From contig CM082579.2 in the NCBI GenBank assembly GCA_040954595.2, forward strand, positions 3,092,345 through 3,156,344: DNA of 64,000 bases. Direction: 5' to 3'. A program made the position numbers and the translations under genes. Shown piece by piece: positions 1 through 11,800 of this stretch (within the stretch, counting starts at the first letter, position 1; each line of letters opens with the position of its first letter). A model generated the notes under the pieces. It did no database searches. It saw only the letters and a list, made by a program, of their open reading frames with translations, and was not told the origin of the DNA. The DNA comes from Balanoglossus misakiensis (lineage: Eukaryota; Animalia; Hemichordata).

Positions 1-1817
1 GAAAATACGAGTCCCGCGAGAGCTTTTCGGGTGGTGTCTCTGCAGAGCGTGGATTCTGCGCCAAAGAACTGGTAAACAGAATCTAAGTTTCTCTTCAGTG
101 TCGGAGTGTCCAGAACGTCCAGTGTCGCCACAATACTCGGCCAGACTGACGAGGCGAGGTCTTCAAGAATCCCTTCCACGGCCGTCTCAACTTTACGCGA
201 GACCGTGTTGATGATGAAGTTGCGAATTTCGTGACAGAATGCGTGTAGTTTGAGGAATTTTTTAGTTCGCGGAATCGTCCCACCATATTTATTGGTGACG
301 TCGCGATGCAGCAGAACACGATCATACGCGATGATTTCCTGTTCCTTGAGTTTTATTTTGGTGATCTCGTCGCTTACAGGCAGCACGGCTTCACGTATGA
401 CGCCCATTATCTTGTCAGCTGTGCCGTCCACCTCTCGCAGAAGGTCGCTGAATAACCCGTTCTCCGAGCTCCTGGTGGCCTCTAACGCTTTACTCATCTC
501 TTCGTCTTCTTTCTCTATGCTCTCCTGGCTACCCGAAAATGAACAGTAGCACCTTGAATGACACTCTCGTAAAATTCGCGTCGCAGACAGCACAAGGCTG
601 TTCAAGTGGTCGCTCAAGAAACTCACCAGACTTCCTCTGAAAGTCTCGAAGTCTCTCAAGAACACGTTGTTTTCGGTGTCCATGTTTGCTTTCTTGGCAT
701 TGTTTACCTCTCTGGTGGACATCGAGTGGTAGGTCTCTTTGCCGGAGCGGGCATCCAGAAGTGAGAACTCGTGCAGCTGCGCGCGCACATCAGAAGCCTT
801 CAAGTTGTCAACGTATGGCCCACGTATGGCATCCTCCTCGTCCGATTCGTCGTCACTACCCCTGTCCATAATGCTCGCCCTCCTCCCAGCGTCAACTTTG
901 TTGCACACGTATATTAGTCGTGCTTCGGGGCACTTGTCTTTGAAAAACTGAATACTGGCTCTATCCTGTAAAATGAAGAAGAAAACTTAGAATTCGTGGC
1001 CAAGTTCTCAAATGGTTGCACTCTCGTGTTATGCCCCTGATCTATGAGAAAATTTACGAATTAGGAATCAAATAACTTCGCAAGTTCTTGTGTACTACCT
1101 TCTCGAACCGATGGTCAAATACTGCACTTTTCATATAAATATAGCCATTGCAGTGTCTATGTGTGCTTTAACCTGCTGATCTACATGATTGTAATGTTAA
1201 CTTACCGTCGGCCTCAGACTATTATTACCATCAATGACGTAAATTAAGACTGGCAAGTTTCTTTCTAGAGCAAATCTGTCGACAACCTGGTCTAATATCT
1301 TATTCTCACTTCTGCCGGGTGAGTCGACGATCTGAACCCCGCACTGCAAAAAGGGGTGGTTCACTCCGACTTCTACAATTTGGCTGACCAGTTCTTCATT
1401 CTCCCGGTCTTCGCTCTTCAGGACCACTAACTGCCTTAAACTCTCCGAGCTTGTCTGCGTAGAGCCGTCGGCGTCGACGAGACGGTTGTACGGCTCTTCC
1501 GAGTATTTGATGCAAACGACGCGTGAGGTGCATGTTCTGTCGGACACCGGAACGACTCGGCGGTCGGTACTCAACAGCGCATTGATCAGTGAACTCTTGC
1601 CGCAGTTCCGCTCGCCAATAACAGCGACAACGGACATCTGTTCGAGCAGATCCTTGATTTCTGCTTCTTCGGTCTGGCTGATGAGCTTGGCTGCGACAGG
1701 CGCGCTCAGTAGTCGTTCGATCTCCCTCTCCAAGTCTGCAGTGCTGCTTATGAGTTCGTAGATTTTTCGTGTCTTTTCCTTGTGGCCGAGAAACGTTTTG
1801 TCCACTACGGCGGCCAT
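1..1817 (-). CDS. DSTYK-like dynamin-family GTPase fusion, paralog A (3'-partial; exon 1 1817-1206, exon 2 965 to window edge)
   Basis: Exon 1 encodes G1 GERNCGKSS, G2 CTSR, G3 DSPG and YVIDG. GT donor at 1205 and AG acceptor before 965. Exon 2 reads DRASIQFFKDKCPEARLIYVCNKVD (G4) followed by an acidic loop, closely matching paralogs D and E. The kinase part lies outside the window. Confidence 0.85.
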
Positions 1818-2415
1818 GTTGATTGTACCAACCGTCCAGGTTCGACAGTGAGGCCTATTTCACCAGGATGTTATCGTGTGGGGCAATGAAAATACGCGGA
1901 AATGTAAATAAAAGTTCTCAGGGGGTGCTACGTCGTTATTTATCAAATTAAAAATAGCTTCAGCGTCTACAATTGGAGCAAGGAAATATTAGTATGAACC
2001 AATCGAGCTTTACTTTATTGTGACCCCGTGCAGTAGTTCAAATATTTGCACTACAATATTCGTTTTTTATAATTTTATCAATCAACTCCTAAGCTGATGA
2101 TTTATGGCAAACGGGCTCTGTCCGATGCGGAAACTACAGCATGTACGATAAAAAAAATGATTTTCCAAAATATTCAAAATGGTTTATGCATGAAATTGAT
2201 CCTCTTTAAAAAAACACAAGGCTTACCCAGGCTGACTAGGGAAGTAAACGATGGGTACTAGTGTGGAAGTATTGGGCAAAGTCTTTCCTACCTCGGACAG
2301 TTGGAGATCAGAGTGAACACCTTCGCGAGAGAGCGCCCTCACAAATGCGGATTGACAGGTTTGCATACATGCTACGTCAGCTCTTAGCTGAGTGTACAGA
2401 TAGGGTACAAGGACG

Positions 2416-2425
2416 GGGAATTCCC
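2416..2425. promoter_or_regulatory. Palindromic NF-kappaB-like site GGGAATTCCC in the divergent intergenic region between paralogs A and B
   Basis: Exact match to the GGGRNNYYCC consensus, about 600 bp upstream of the A start codon and about 320 bp upstream of the B start codon. Motif match only. Confidence 0.35.
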
Positions 2426-2741
2426 TGGTCTGTTTGTTCCTGGTTACATGTCTCGACACGATCTCCAGCTGAAGGGTCACTCCGGCTACACCCCCTCCCG
2501 TAAATGGTCACAGAACTCCAGGGACAACCGAGGCATCTGATCAAAATTAGCCGAGTTGATCCGGCGAGACAGGACAAAGTCCTAATATGGCCGCTTTTCG
2601 AGGGCGAGTCGACTGACACAATACCTGTGCCTAGGGAGGCTCGTTCGAAGCAACCTCGATGAACGTCGCGTCGTTGTGTTCGGGACCGAGTCTCAAATCC
2701 AGCGAAGCACAGAAAACACCGAAGCGGCCAAATCAGACGCC

Positions 2742-5700
2742 ATGGCTAAAGCGAAGACCAAATTTAGAAGACACGGTAAAGTTTCTGCTGTATAAGTAGA
2801 ATGACCAAGACTACAAACTTCAAAACAACCGCAATCGTTGCAGCATTTAGCCTGGTTATTCCTTTCCACTTGGCTTGCAGACTAGACTAGGCTTCCATAG
2901 CAGAACTTTGCTTATGACTATAGTTGGAATTTTGCAGATCATATAGAGCGTCATTCGTGACAATATTTTTTTCGTAATGGTATTACAGAAGGTAGGCGAA
3001 AGTGACATTGTGGAATTTTTTGCATAATACAGTAACGAAGCTATATCTTTTTCATTCCAGATCAATTATCACAATTTCCTGATGACAACCTAGTCAGCAT
3101 AGGCCCCGATGACCTTGACGAGTTTCGCGCGAAGTTCGAAGAGTTTCAGTCGTTTAAAGAGACCTTGAGAACGGCGTACAAGACCACTAATGCGTGTTTT
3201 GAAGCAATCGTGAAGTCGGTGGCCGAGGGCAAACGGAGAGAACTTGCCCTCTCTCTTCTAGGGAATGAAGACAGGGCGGCTATAAATCGCGTTCTGTCCC
3301 AGGATGCCACGATTCTTATCCTGGGCCAAACGAACTGTGGCAAGAGTTCGCTGGCAAATGAACTGCTGGGAGGGAGGTACCTCCCCACTTCAGAAATACC
3401 CTGCACATCCAGGATTGTAAACCTCCGGTACAGCGAGTCCGGCGAGTACGTTCGAATCGTGAACAACAAGAACGAGGAAATACAGCGACACGACCTGGGT
3501 CACCGCGAGAGGATTTCGAAGGAGTACATTGTCATTCGCGGGGAGGAACGCCAGCAACTGGAGGCCGTTCAGAATGTCGTTGAAATCGGTCTCAAAAACC
3601 CTCTGCTGAAGTCCGGTGTCAGGTTGGTCGATGCTCCTGGGTTGAGTGAAAACAATGCCCTTGACAGAGTTGTACAAGAATGCGTCGATGGAGTGCTGCA
3701 GCTCATTATTTACGTTATCGACGGTAACTATGGCATTCGACTTGAGGTAAGCAACAGGTGGTAGAGTTACAAATTACAAGATTGCAAAATATTACATGTA
3801 GGTGAATATGGATACCTTATTATTTGCTGATTCGGTCCTCTTTCTCTAATGGCAGGATTGTAGGATTCTGGGATCCCTCTACGATGTCGCACCCGAGCTG
3901 TCCATCTTCTTCGTATGTAATAAAATAGAAATGAGCCAGAAGGCAAATGCGATGGACCAGGGCTCCGATGAAAGCAGCGACGATGGAGAAGACGATAGGC
4001 GGATGACTGAGAAGAAGGAACGCGTCTTCCGCGATCTGGTCGACTTTGGCTTCATCAAGAGCCGAGAAACCTCCGGGAGATGCAAGTGCTTCCACGCCAT
4101 ATCAACCCGAGAAATACGAAAATCGCGGAAGTCTGGGAACATTGCCTACAGCACGTACGGGGTCCAGTTTAAGCAGATGAAGAAAGACTTCCTGTACTTT
4201 GCCGGGAGCATGCTGAAGGCTCACCTTTCTCATGCAACGGGTCGACTGCTCCAAGCGCAGAAGCATTGCTTCGATTTCTTCGTAGCCGCGGCTCTACGGT
4301 CGGAGGCGCACGACAGCAACAAGCACAGTGAAATCCGCCAAACCATCGAAGAACTAAAGAACAAACAGTCCCAGCTCTGCAAGGACTCCAAGTCTCTGCT
4401 GAAGGAAAGGAAGGGCACTATTCGAGATTTGCTGAAGAAGTCGCTGCTCGGCGAGTGGACGAATATCTTGAAGACGGCCAGAGACATGGAGTATTCCTCG
4501 GTTAAAGTGGGAGAGACTGTAAGCAGAGGTGAATTAATTAACCAGCTAGAGCATCAAGTGCAGCGGCTGGTGGTGATGAAAGTCACCAACGAAGTGCTGG
4601 AAAAGATCAACCCGGAAATCGAGGCAATGGTCACCTTGATGACCGACGAAGCCAGAAATGCTCTGCGTGAGGTGACGAGCCAACCCATCCTTTCCGGCCT
4701 CAAGGACGTCCTCACAAACGCCAGTATCTCTGCATCGGCGCCGACGCTGTCCAAACTACTCAGCAAAACCAACCTATCTTGGCACGTCGCACAAAACTGG
4801 CTGACCCATCGTCTGGAACATATCACACGATCACTGGCCGCGTCGACCGTCGGGGTCAAAGTGGACGCCGCCTGGAGGGAACAGGTCGCCAGGGAAACGC
4901 TGAAGCGCCTGAGTGCTGACGCGATGACAGAAGCGGTTTGCAGTGAGATCTCGGTGAAAATCGACCAGTTTTATCAAAACTTCGAACGAGAGCTTGACCG
5001 AGTGAGTCTTCTGAACGACTTCAGCCAGGCGCAAGATGACGTCATGAAGGAAGCTGCTAAGAAAATGTTCGCGCTTCATTGTCGGGCAATGGGCGAAAGT
5101 GAATGCCTGATGAACGATATCAAATATGGCGGCGAACTAAAACCGGAAGACACAAATAAAGGCGGAAAAAGAACATTGCTCTACAAGTACAATGACTGGA
5201 AAGGCGAATTTAAGGAAGTATTCGTCAGAAAGGCCAAGAAGGAGGCTGTGAATGCCAGAACATCTTTGGATGTTTTATATGCTATTGCAAAGTATGTACC
5301 GATTTTTTTTCAAGTTTCCATTGTTAGCTTTAAGTGCTCTGGTAACATTTATTGAGATTAATAGCTGTGGCGTTACACATTATTGCCTTAGTGGAAGGAT
5401 AATTGAGATGTCGTGCAGCATGAAAGAGTGGACGCAAGATTTATCTGTGGTGTTGAAATCCTGTCGAATTTATACTTAAGCGTTTTCCACTTAGTTTATG
5501 AACATGTGAAATGATGCGACGGTGAAATCAATGATTATTTTTCTTGCCTCCTTTTCAGACACTTGCCGCCTTGTAAAAACATATTGCCCGTATTGTCCGT
5601 CGTAGGCATCAGTTCACACGAAAGAGTGGAGGTGGGCGTAGTTGTACCGCGACGAAAAAGTGACCTGTGGACCGAGCTTACTTCAGGCTCCTTCAGATCA

Positions 5701-7266
5701 ACTCCGAGACGAGACCGCATCGCCAGAGACATCGCTGAGGGGTGTCATTTCTTGTCGATGCAGGGGTTTCCTGTGCCAGATCTACGTGTTACCAACATCA
5801 TCGTGAGTATATACTGCAAGGTCCAATTCAAGGTCCACGAGCTGCAACATTCGTCCTGATAAATTAACCCCCCTTTTATAGTATTTTAATCTTCATTTTG
5901 AATTTTATCATTATTTAATATTTTATGTGACTTTCACTTTCAGCTCAATAAATTAGATGATGGCTTTTGCACAGAAATAAACATCCTAAAACCAAGAGAC
6001 GATGCTGTGCCTTACCCGGACGGCAAGCCTCCGTTCCACATCGCCCCAGAAAGATATGACCAGAAGGATGACGGCAGTGGTCGGATTGACGCCGATAAAA
6101 GTGATGTGTATGCCTTTGGGGTCTTACTGTGGTGGTTGTTGATAGGAGAGTATAGCAGGCCACTGTACGCCGACACCGCTCAAAGTATCCGAGCGGCCGT
6201 TGTACAGCGCGGGGAGACGCCGATCAGCCGCAGCACGACTCCGATCGAAGACCGGTACAATCGCCTGGAAGAACTCCTCGAGGATTGCTGGCGTGATCCC
6301 TGCGATCGGCCACCTTGGAGACAAGTCTGCGAGAGGTTGACCCCCGGGGGAGTCACGGTCAAGAGTGCAAGCCGGAACAGGAGAGTCAGAAGTGCGAGCC
6401 CTGGTAAGAGAGCCAAGGGTGCGAGTCTGGACGAGAAAGTCGACAGTGCGATTCCGAGCGTCAGAGTCAGAAGTGCCAGCCCACGGGGGAAAGCCACGAG
6501 TGCGAGTGGCATTGCTGTAGACGAGAAAGTCAAGAGTCCTAGCGGGAAAGTCGCAAGTGCGAGTCCAAGTAGGGAAGTCGGCAGTGCTATTCCGCCGAGC
6601 GTCAGAATTAGGAGTGCCAGTCCCCGGGGGAAAGTCTCGAGTGCGAGTGGTATTGCTGCGGACGAGAAAGTCAAGAGTCCTAGCGGGAAAGTCGCAAGTG
6701 CGAGTCCAAGTAGGGAAGTCGGCAGTGCTATTCCGCCGAGCGTCAGAATTAGGAGTGCCAGTCCCCGGGGGAAAGTCTCGAGTGCGAGTGGTATTGCTGC
6801 AGACGAGAAAGTCAAGAGTCCTAGCGGGAAAGTCGCAAGTGCGAGTCCAAGTAGGGAAGTTGGCAGTGCGATTCCGCCGAACGTCAGAGTCAGAAGTGCC
6901 AGTCCTCGGGGGAAAGTCACGACTGCGAGTGGTATTGCTGCAGACGAGAAAGTCAAGAGTCCTGGCGTGAAAGTCGCGAGTGCGAGTCCAAGTGGGGGAG
7001 TTAAGAAGGCGATTCCTGGTGGTAACCGCGCCAGTCCCACCAGACAAGTCAGACATGTGGGCGCGAGTCCAACCGAGGTAGCCAGGAGTATAAGCGATAT
7101 TGAGTTTGACTTAAAGCCGGAAAGCGTCAGTAAAGCCACCGCTGCTGCTAAGGTCACGACAACATCGCCAGAGGGGGGAGACCAGGGCAACAGAACGCAT
7201 TCTTCCAACGATGACGTGGACACACAGAAAAAAGCGATACGTACGATAAGAGAAACACACGTGTAG
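2742..7266 (+). CDS. DSTYK-like GTPase-pseudokinase, paralog B, about 1240 aa with Ser/Pro/Lys-rich repeat tail (exons 2742-2775, 3061-3746, 3856-5291, 5559-5802, 5944-7266)
   Basis: GT-AG introns join in frame. GTPase motifs: G1 GQTNCGKSS, G2 CTSR, G3 DAPG, G4 CNKIE. Kinase fold: RDRIARDIAEGCHFL, VPDLRVTN in place of HRDxKxxN, no DFG (EINILKP), HIAPE, KSDVYAFGVLLW and CW..DP.DRP. The short first exon is less certain. Confidence 0.85.
6460..7023 (+). repeat. Coding tandem repeat, 4 x 141 bp (47 aa)
   Basis: Units start at 6460, 6601, 6742 and 6883. Consensus VRIRSASPRGKVSSASGIAADEKVKSPSGKVASASPSREVGSAIPPS. Units 2 and 3 are nearly identical. Confidence 0.95.
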
Positions 7267-8629
7267 AGCAAAGATGAAAATGAACAAAAATGAACTCTGG
7301 TGCACAGACGACCGTGACATGTTTTTGAAAAGCACAACATTAAATCGTGTGCTATAGGATGTAAAACAAGAAACGGCAGTAGATACACAGAATAATAATA
7401 CTGAAATAGCGAAAAGTTACAGTTCTTCTAAATGTACATTCAAAATGGACCCCACGACATCGACGAGATTATACCGTTTTGTTATTCAAATACACATACA
7501 GCAAACATATCGGTAATAATTCAACATACAAATGTCACTGATTCGGTATGCAAAGTAAAATAAGTACAATGATTTATTAAAGTCTGGCATTTTGCCATGT
7601 TAGATAAGGACGTCGACGCTATGCTGCATAGTTCTCGCGACTATCTAATCTATCTATCTGTCATATGCTACGCATATTTTCCCTTGTTTATTGTTACTAG
7701 AGTAGACTTGTCCCCTTGCAATAGAATCTGTCTGAAAATTTATTTTGTCTTAAGTTACCAAACTGTTTTGGTTAGCAGAGTCGGAATGTTATTTTACAGG
7801 CGAATCAATCAAAATAAAAAATATTATGCACATAATGAAAGAAATCCGAGTGCTTTATCTCGTCGGTGTGTCTCTGTGTGTTTGCCGGAATTACGCAAAA
7901 ACAAGGAAATATACAAATAAATTAGCTGAAGACCAAATGAAGAATCAATGTTGCATTTTTACATGTTCAAGGGGGATTTCAATTGTTGACAAAATTTCAG
8001 AATGACTCATCTGTCTTCCTCAAAGAGATAAACAAACAATTCTAATTCCAGGGATGAGTTGCCCTTTTATGAAAATTGAATACAAGACACGTCTGAATTA
8101 TTTTCACTGATTTTGGTTCCTCTTTTAAGTTGCGACAAAGTCCACTATTGACAAATGTCCGGTATCTGTCAGCTAGGGACGCACCTTGTATTGTCAACTG
8201 GTCATTGTCCACCAAATCTCGCACGTTGCAGCGATATAAGCTCTTACTATAATTTTATTGTCATTTTTAAAGGGCGTAACTTTCTTAGTGAAAGTCCATA
8301 AAGAAGCAGCAACACAATTTACAAACTTGTGACCCGGGAACCTCCCCCCCCCCCCCCCAAAAAAAAAAAAAAAATCTCTCATAGGCCACTTCGTGGAATT
8401 CAAAAGTTTTCTGCAGTGATAAAAAGCTTCGATAAAGGCTGATAAAAGCACAACTGATACGTGTATGCACATGCAGAGTGATGTCGCTGAGCATGCGCGG
8501 TGAACGTGTCAACCTTTAGGCCTATATATGCCTGTATACCAATGCAAATAGAAGACGTGGTTGTTGACAACGGGGCGGGGGACTTTACCATTACCTGATT
8601 ACAGGGCTACTAACATGCGGAAATAACTC

Positions 8630-8639
8630 GGGGATTTCC
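8630..8639 (+). promoter_or_regulatory. NF-kappaB-like site GGGGATTTCC about 200 bp upstream of paralog C
   Basis: Matches GGGRNWYYCC. A second consensus match, GGGAACCTCC, lies at 8336-8345 and a GC box (GGGGCGGGG) at about 8572-8580. Motif matches only. Confidence 0.35.
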
Positions 8640-8840
8640 AATTTTAAGCTTAGTCATTTCCAAACAAAGGGACCTCGTCAGCGATTGGCTCATGTGATGT
8701 CTTTCTGAGCGCATGATCGGAACTGTTCCAGATTATTTTGTCTGCTTTGAGGACGTCGGCTGCGTGTTAACCATTACCCTGGCCAGAGGAGGACCCAGAC
8801 CGATTGTTTAAAGGTACAGCTTATATTACCAATCACAAAC

Positions 8841-11800
8841 ATGGCGGCGCTTGGATTGAGGGGTACCGCAGACACGGACGTGTTGAAGGATGCCTTCTCG
8901 GCCTACTCGCGCGATTCTCACCGGCTGCAAAAGCTGAAAGAGAGCACCATAAAATGTTACGAAGACATCCAGCGCACACTCTCGAAAAACCTGCAGAGGG
9001 AGGTTAAGGAAAGCGGGCTGGCACTGCTCGATCGCAACGACCAGCGAACCATCGACGCCGTCAGCCAGAAACCAAGCCTGATCTTCGTCGGCCAGACCAA
9101 CTCCGGTAAGAGTTCCCTGATCAACCTAATACTGGGCGGGACCTACGTGACGGCCAGAGAAACGCCGTGCACGGCCAGGCTGGTGAAGTTGGTGAGCGCC
9201 GGGGGCGGGCGACAGACGGCCAAGGTCGTGTCAGAGGACGGCACGGTGCAAATGCAGATGGAATTAAAGAAAAGGAAGATACCGCAAGAGATAATCGAGT
9301 TGAGATCAGACAGACGCGACAAGACGTCGGTCAATTCGTACGTAGTAGCTCAGGTCAATAATGAGTTCATAGACAGTGGTCTTGAGATCATTGACTCGCC
9401 CGGTCTGCAGGAAAACGAAGTCATGGATGAAATGGTGCTCGGAGAGCTCAGCAAAATTGTACCTTTTGTAGTCTATGTTCTAGATGGCAAGAATCAACTA
9501 ACCAACCAGGTGAGTTAAGCGCGACAGCACTTGTCGGTATAATAATAATAAGAAATGATAATGACGGACTATGCATAATTTACAGGAGCAGTTTTTTACT
9601 TTTAAAATGACGTATGTGGATGGATGGATGGATGGATGAATGGATGGGTGGATGTGTTTGTTTTGAGAGAGGGGGGAGAGAGAACGCTATGTTATTCTCT
9701 AAAAACTTGAAACTTGAATCTTTCAGGACAGACATGACATCAGGAGAATACAGCAGCGAACAAACGCAGAAATCTTTTACGTGGTCACAAAGGTAGACAA
9801 GGATGAAGACGAGGACGACGACGAAGAAGACGAGGATGAGAAGGAAGTCGTCTTTGAAAAGAAGAAGCGCGCTTATGATAGTCTCGTCAGGGAGGGGTTT
9901 CTACCCGTCGGGAGAAAGATGCAGGATTGTATGCAGTTTCACGGCATTTCAAACTGGAGAGTTAAAGAGTACAGACAGAGGAAGGACGCGGCTTTGAAAC
10001 CGTTCATGGACGATTACGATCGATTTCGGAAGTGCCTCTGCCTGTTCGTAACGGAGCGGCTGGGCGAAATCGTCGAGAGCGCCAGCACCGCTCTCCTGGC
10101 GTCACATTCCCAATGCCTCGACTTCTTCATCGGGAGGGCCAACCAGTCCAAGAGCAAGCCGAAGGAGCTGGGTGGGCTGCTTGATGGCTGCTGCGACAAA
10201 GAGAACAGAATTTACCTTCGAATGGTCAGCAAGGTCAACAATCGGCGCGCGCAACTCGAGCAGAGCATCGCCAAGTGCATAGCCAACTGCAAGGCAGAGA
10301 TCACCCAGTCCGCCAAGTCGTTCAAGTTCAGGGACATAGACATCCCGGCAAACGGGATGGTCAAGAATGACGAAATGGTCAAGCGTTGCACCGAGCAAAT
10401 CGAGAGCCTGGTCATTTCCGTGCTGAGCACAAATATTTCCGCCACCCTGAGCAGAGAGTTCCAAGACGAAGACAGCATCATGGGAGACATAGCCAAGACG
10501 GCGGAAGAGCTGGAGAAATTCGACCCCGACGCAGACTTCTCCATCGCGAAGATCCTCAGTCAGTGCACCATGTCGTCGTACAGGGTGGAAAGCGCCATCT
10601 CCCTGGGAAAGGCAACTTGGGGGCTGGCCATGAGGAAGATGTTCCGGAAGACGCTCAAAGCCTTCCGTAACCCAGTAGCGGCGCTGACGGGGCAACAGCG
10701 AGTGGACGACAGGTGGAAGGTGGCCGCGTCGGACAGCGCACTAGAGAGGGTCAACGCCAAATCCGTCGCCGAAAGCGTGGTCAATCAGGGCAAGGACCAC
10801 CTGTACAGGTGCCACATCAGATTCGTCGAAGCAGCCGCGGACCTGAAGCGAGTGCTGAAGATAGCCTCCCAGACTGGCGACGAGGAAAGAGCCAAGATCC
10901 GGAAAATTGCCCCAAGGCTCGCCCGCCTGGAGTTGGCCACTCATTCAATCCGGGATACCCGTTTCTATGGTATTCCCCGAATAGGCAAGCTTATAGGGAA
11001 AGGCAGCCAGGGCGATGTCCATGAGTGTGGCGAGTACATAATGAGAGGGGAACCATGCGTCGCGAAAATCGTCGACATGGAACGGAAAATAAATGACCCC
11101 GACGATCTAGCATTGGAAGTGCACTATTCAAGGTAACAATTGCACAACAAAACAACTATCAACTGTGATTTTCTTTTATTCCAAACCAGGGTTATTCACA
11201 AAATGTTCCAGTTTGAATAATTAACACAGCCTGCATGTTTACAGTTAAAGTGAAAGTGAAAGTAGAAGAAATGCAGCTTATTCAGCATTTTGTTTTACTC
11301 CCTACAGTATGCTATAATACCAATCTAAACCATTCTCGTTTTATTACAGAAAACTGGGTCAGAATGATAGAATACTTCCCCTATACGCAAGCATAGAGTT
11401 TGACGGATATCTGTTCTTGGTGACACCGCAGATGAAATGGGACCTCATGAGAGCGCTGCCTCATTACAAGAAACTGATCGACAGACTGCAAATTGCCATA
11501 GAAGTTGCAAAAGCTATACGTTTCCTCCACAGCGAGGGGATAGTCCACAGGGACATCAAGACGGAGAACGTACTGGTGAGTACGGCCACTGCTTTATCAC
11601 AGGTCAAAGTTCGTTCACGGTGCGCGCGCATGCCATGCGCCAGCATAGGAAAGTTTGAGCGAGTACTTCAGAGTAAGTGACGGGCATATGAAAAAATAGA
11701 CATTTGCGATTACAGCATTATCGCGTTTCTAACGCTATGCAAACACGGTACATTGCTCAAACCAAAAGTAATGGTCAAACCCATTAGACTTATTGGCACT

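Noticed and set aside
6460-7023. Possible CRISPR-like repeat array
   Set aside because: The repeats are contiguous, in-frame coding units with no unique spacers, in a eukaryotic gene.
6124-7388. Long antisense ORFs (402 aa and 310 aa) and an alternate-frame ORF over the paralog B tail
   Set aside because: These are shadow ORFs produced by the stop-free 141-bp tandem repeat. The + frame is continuous with the kinase domain.
8344-8373. Poly-C followed by poly-A run upstream of paralog C
   Set aside because: Simple homopolymers with no sign of a retroposed insert or target-site duplication.
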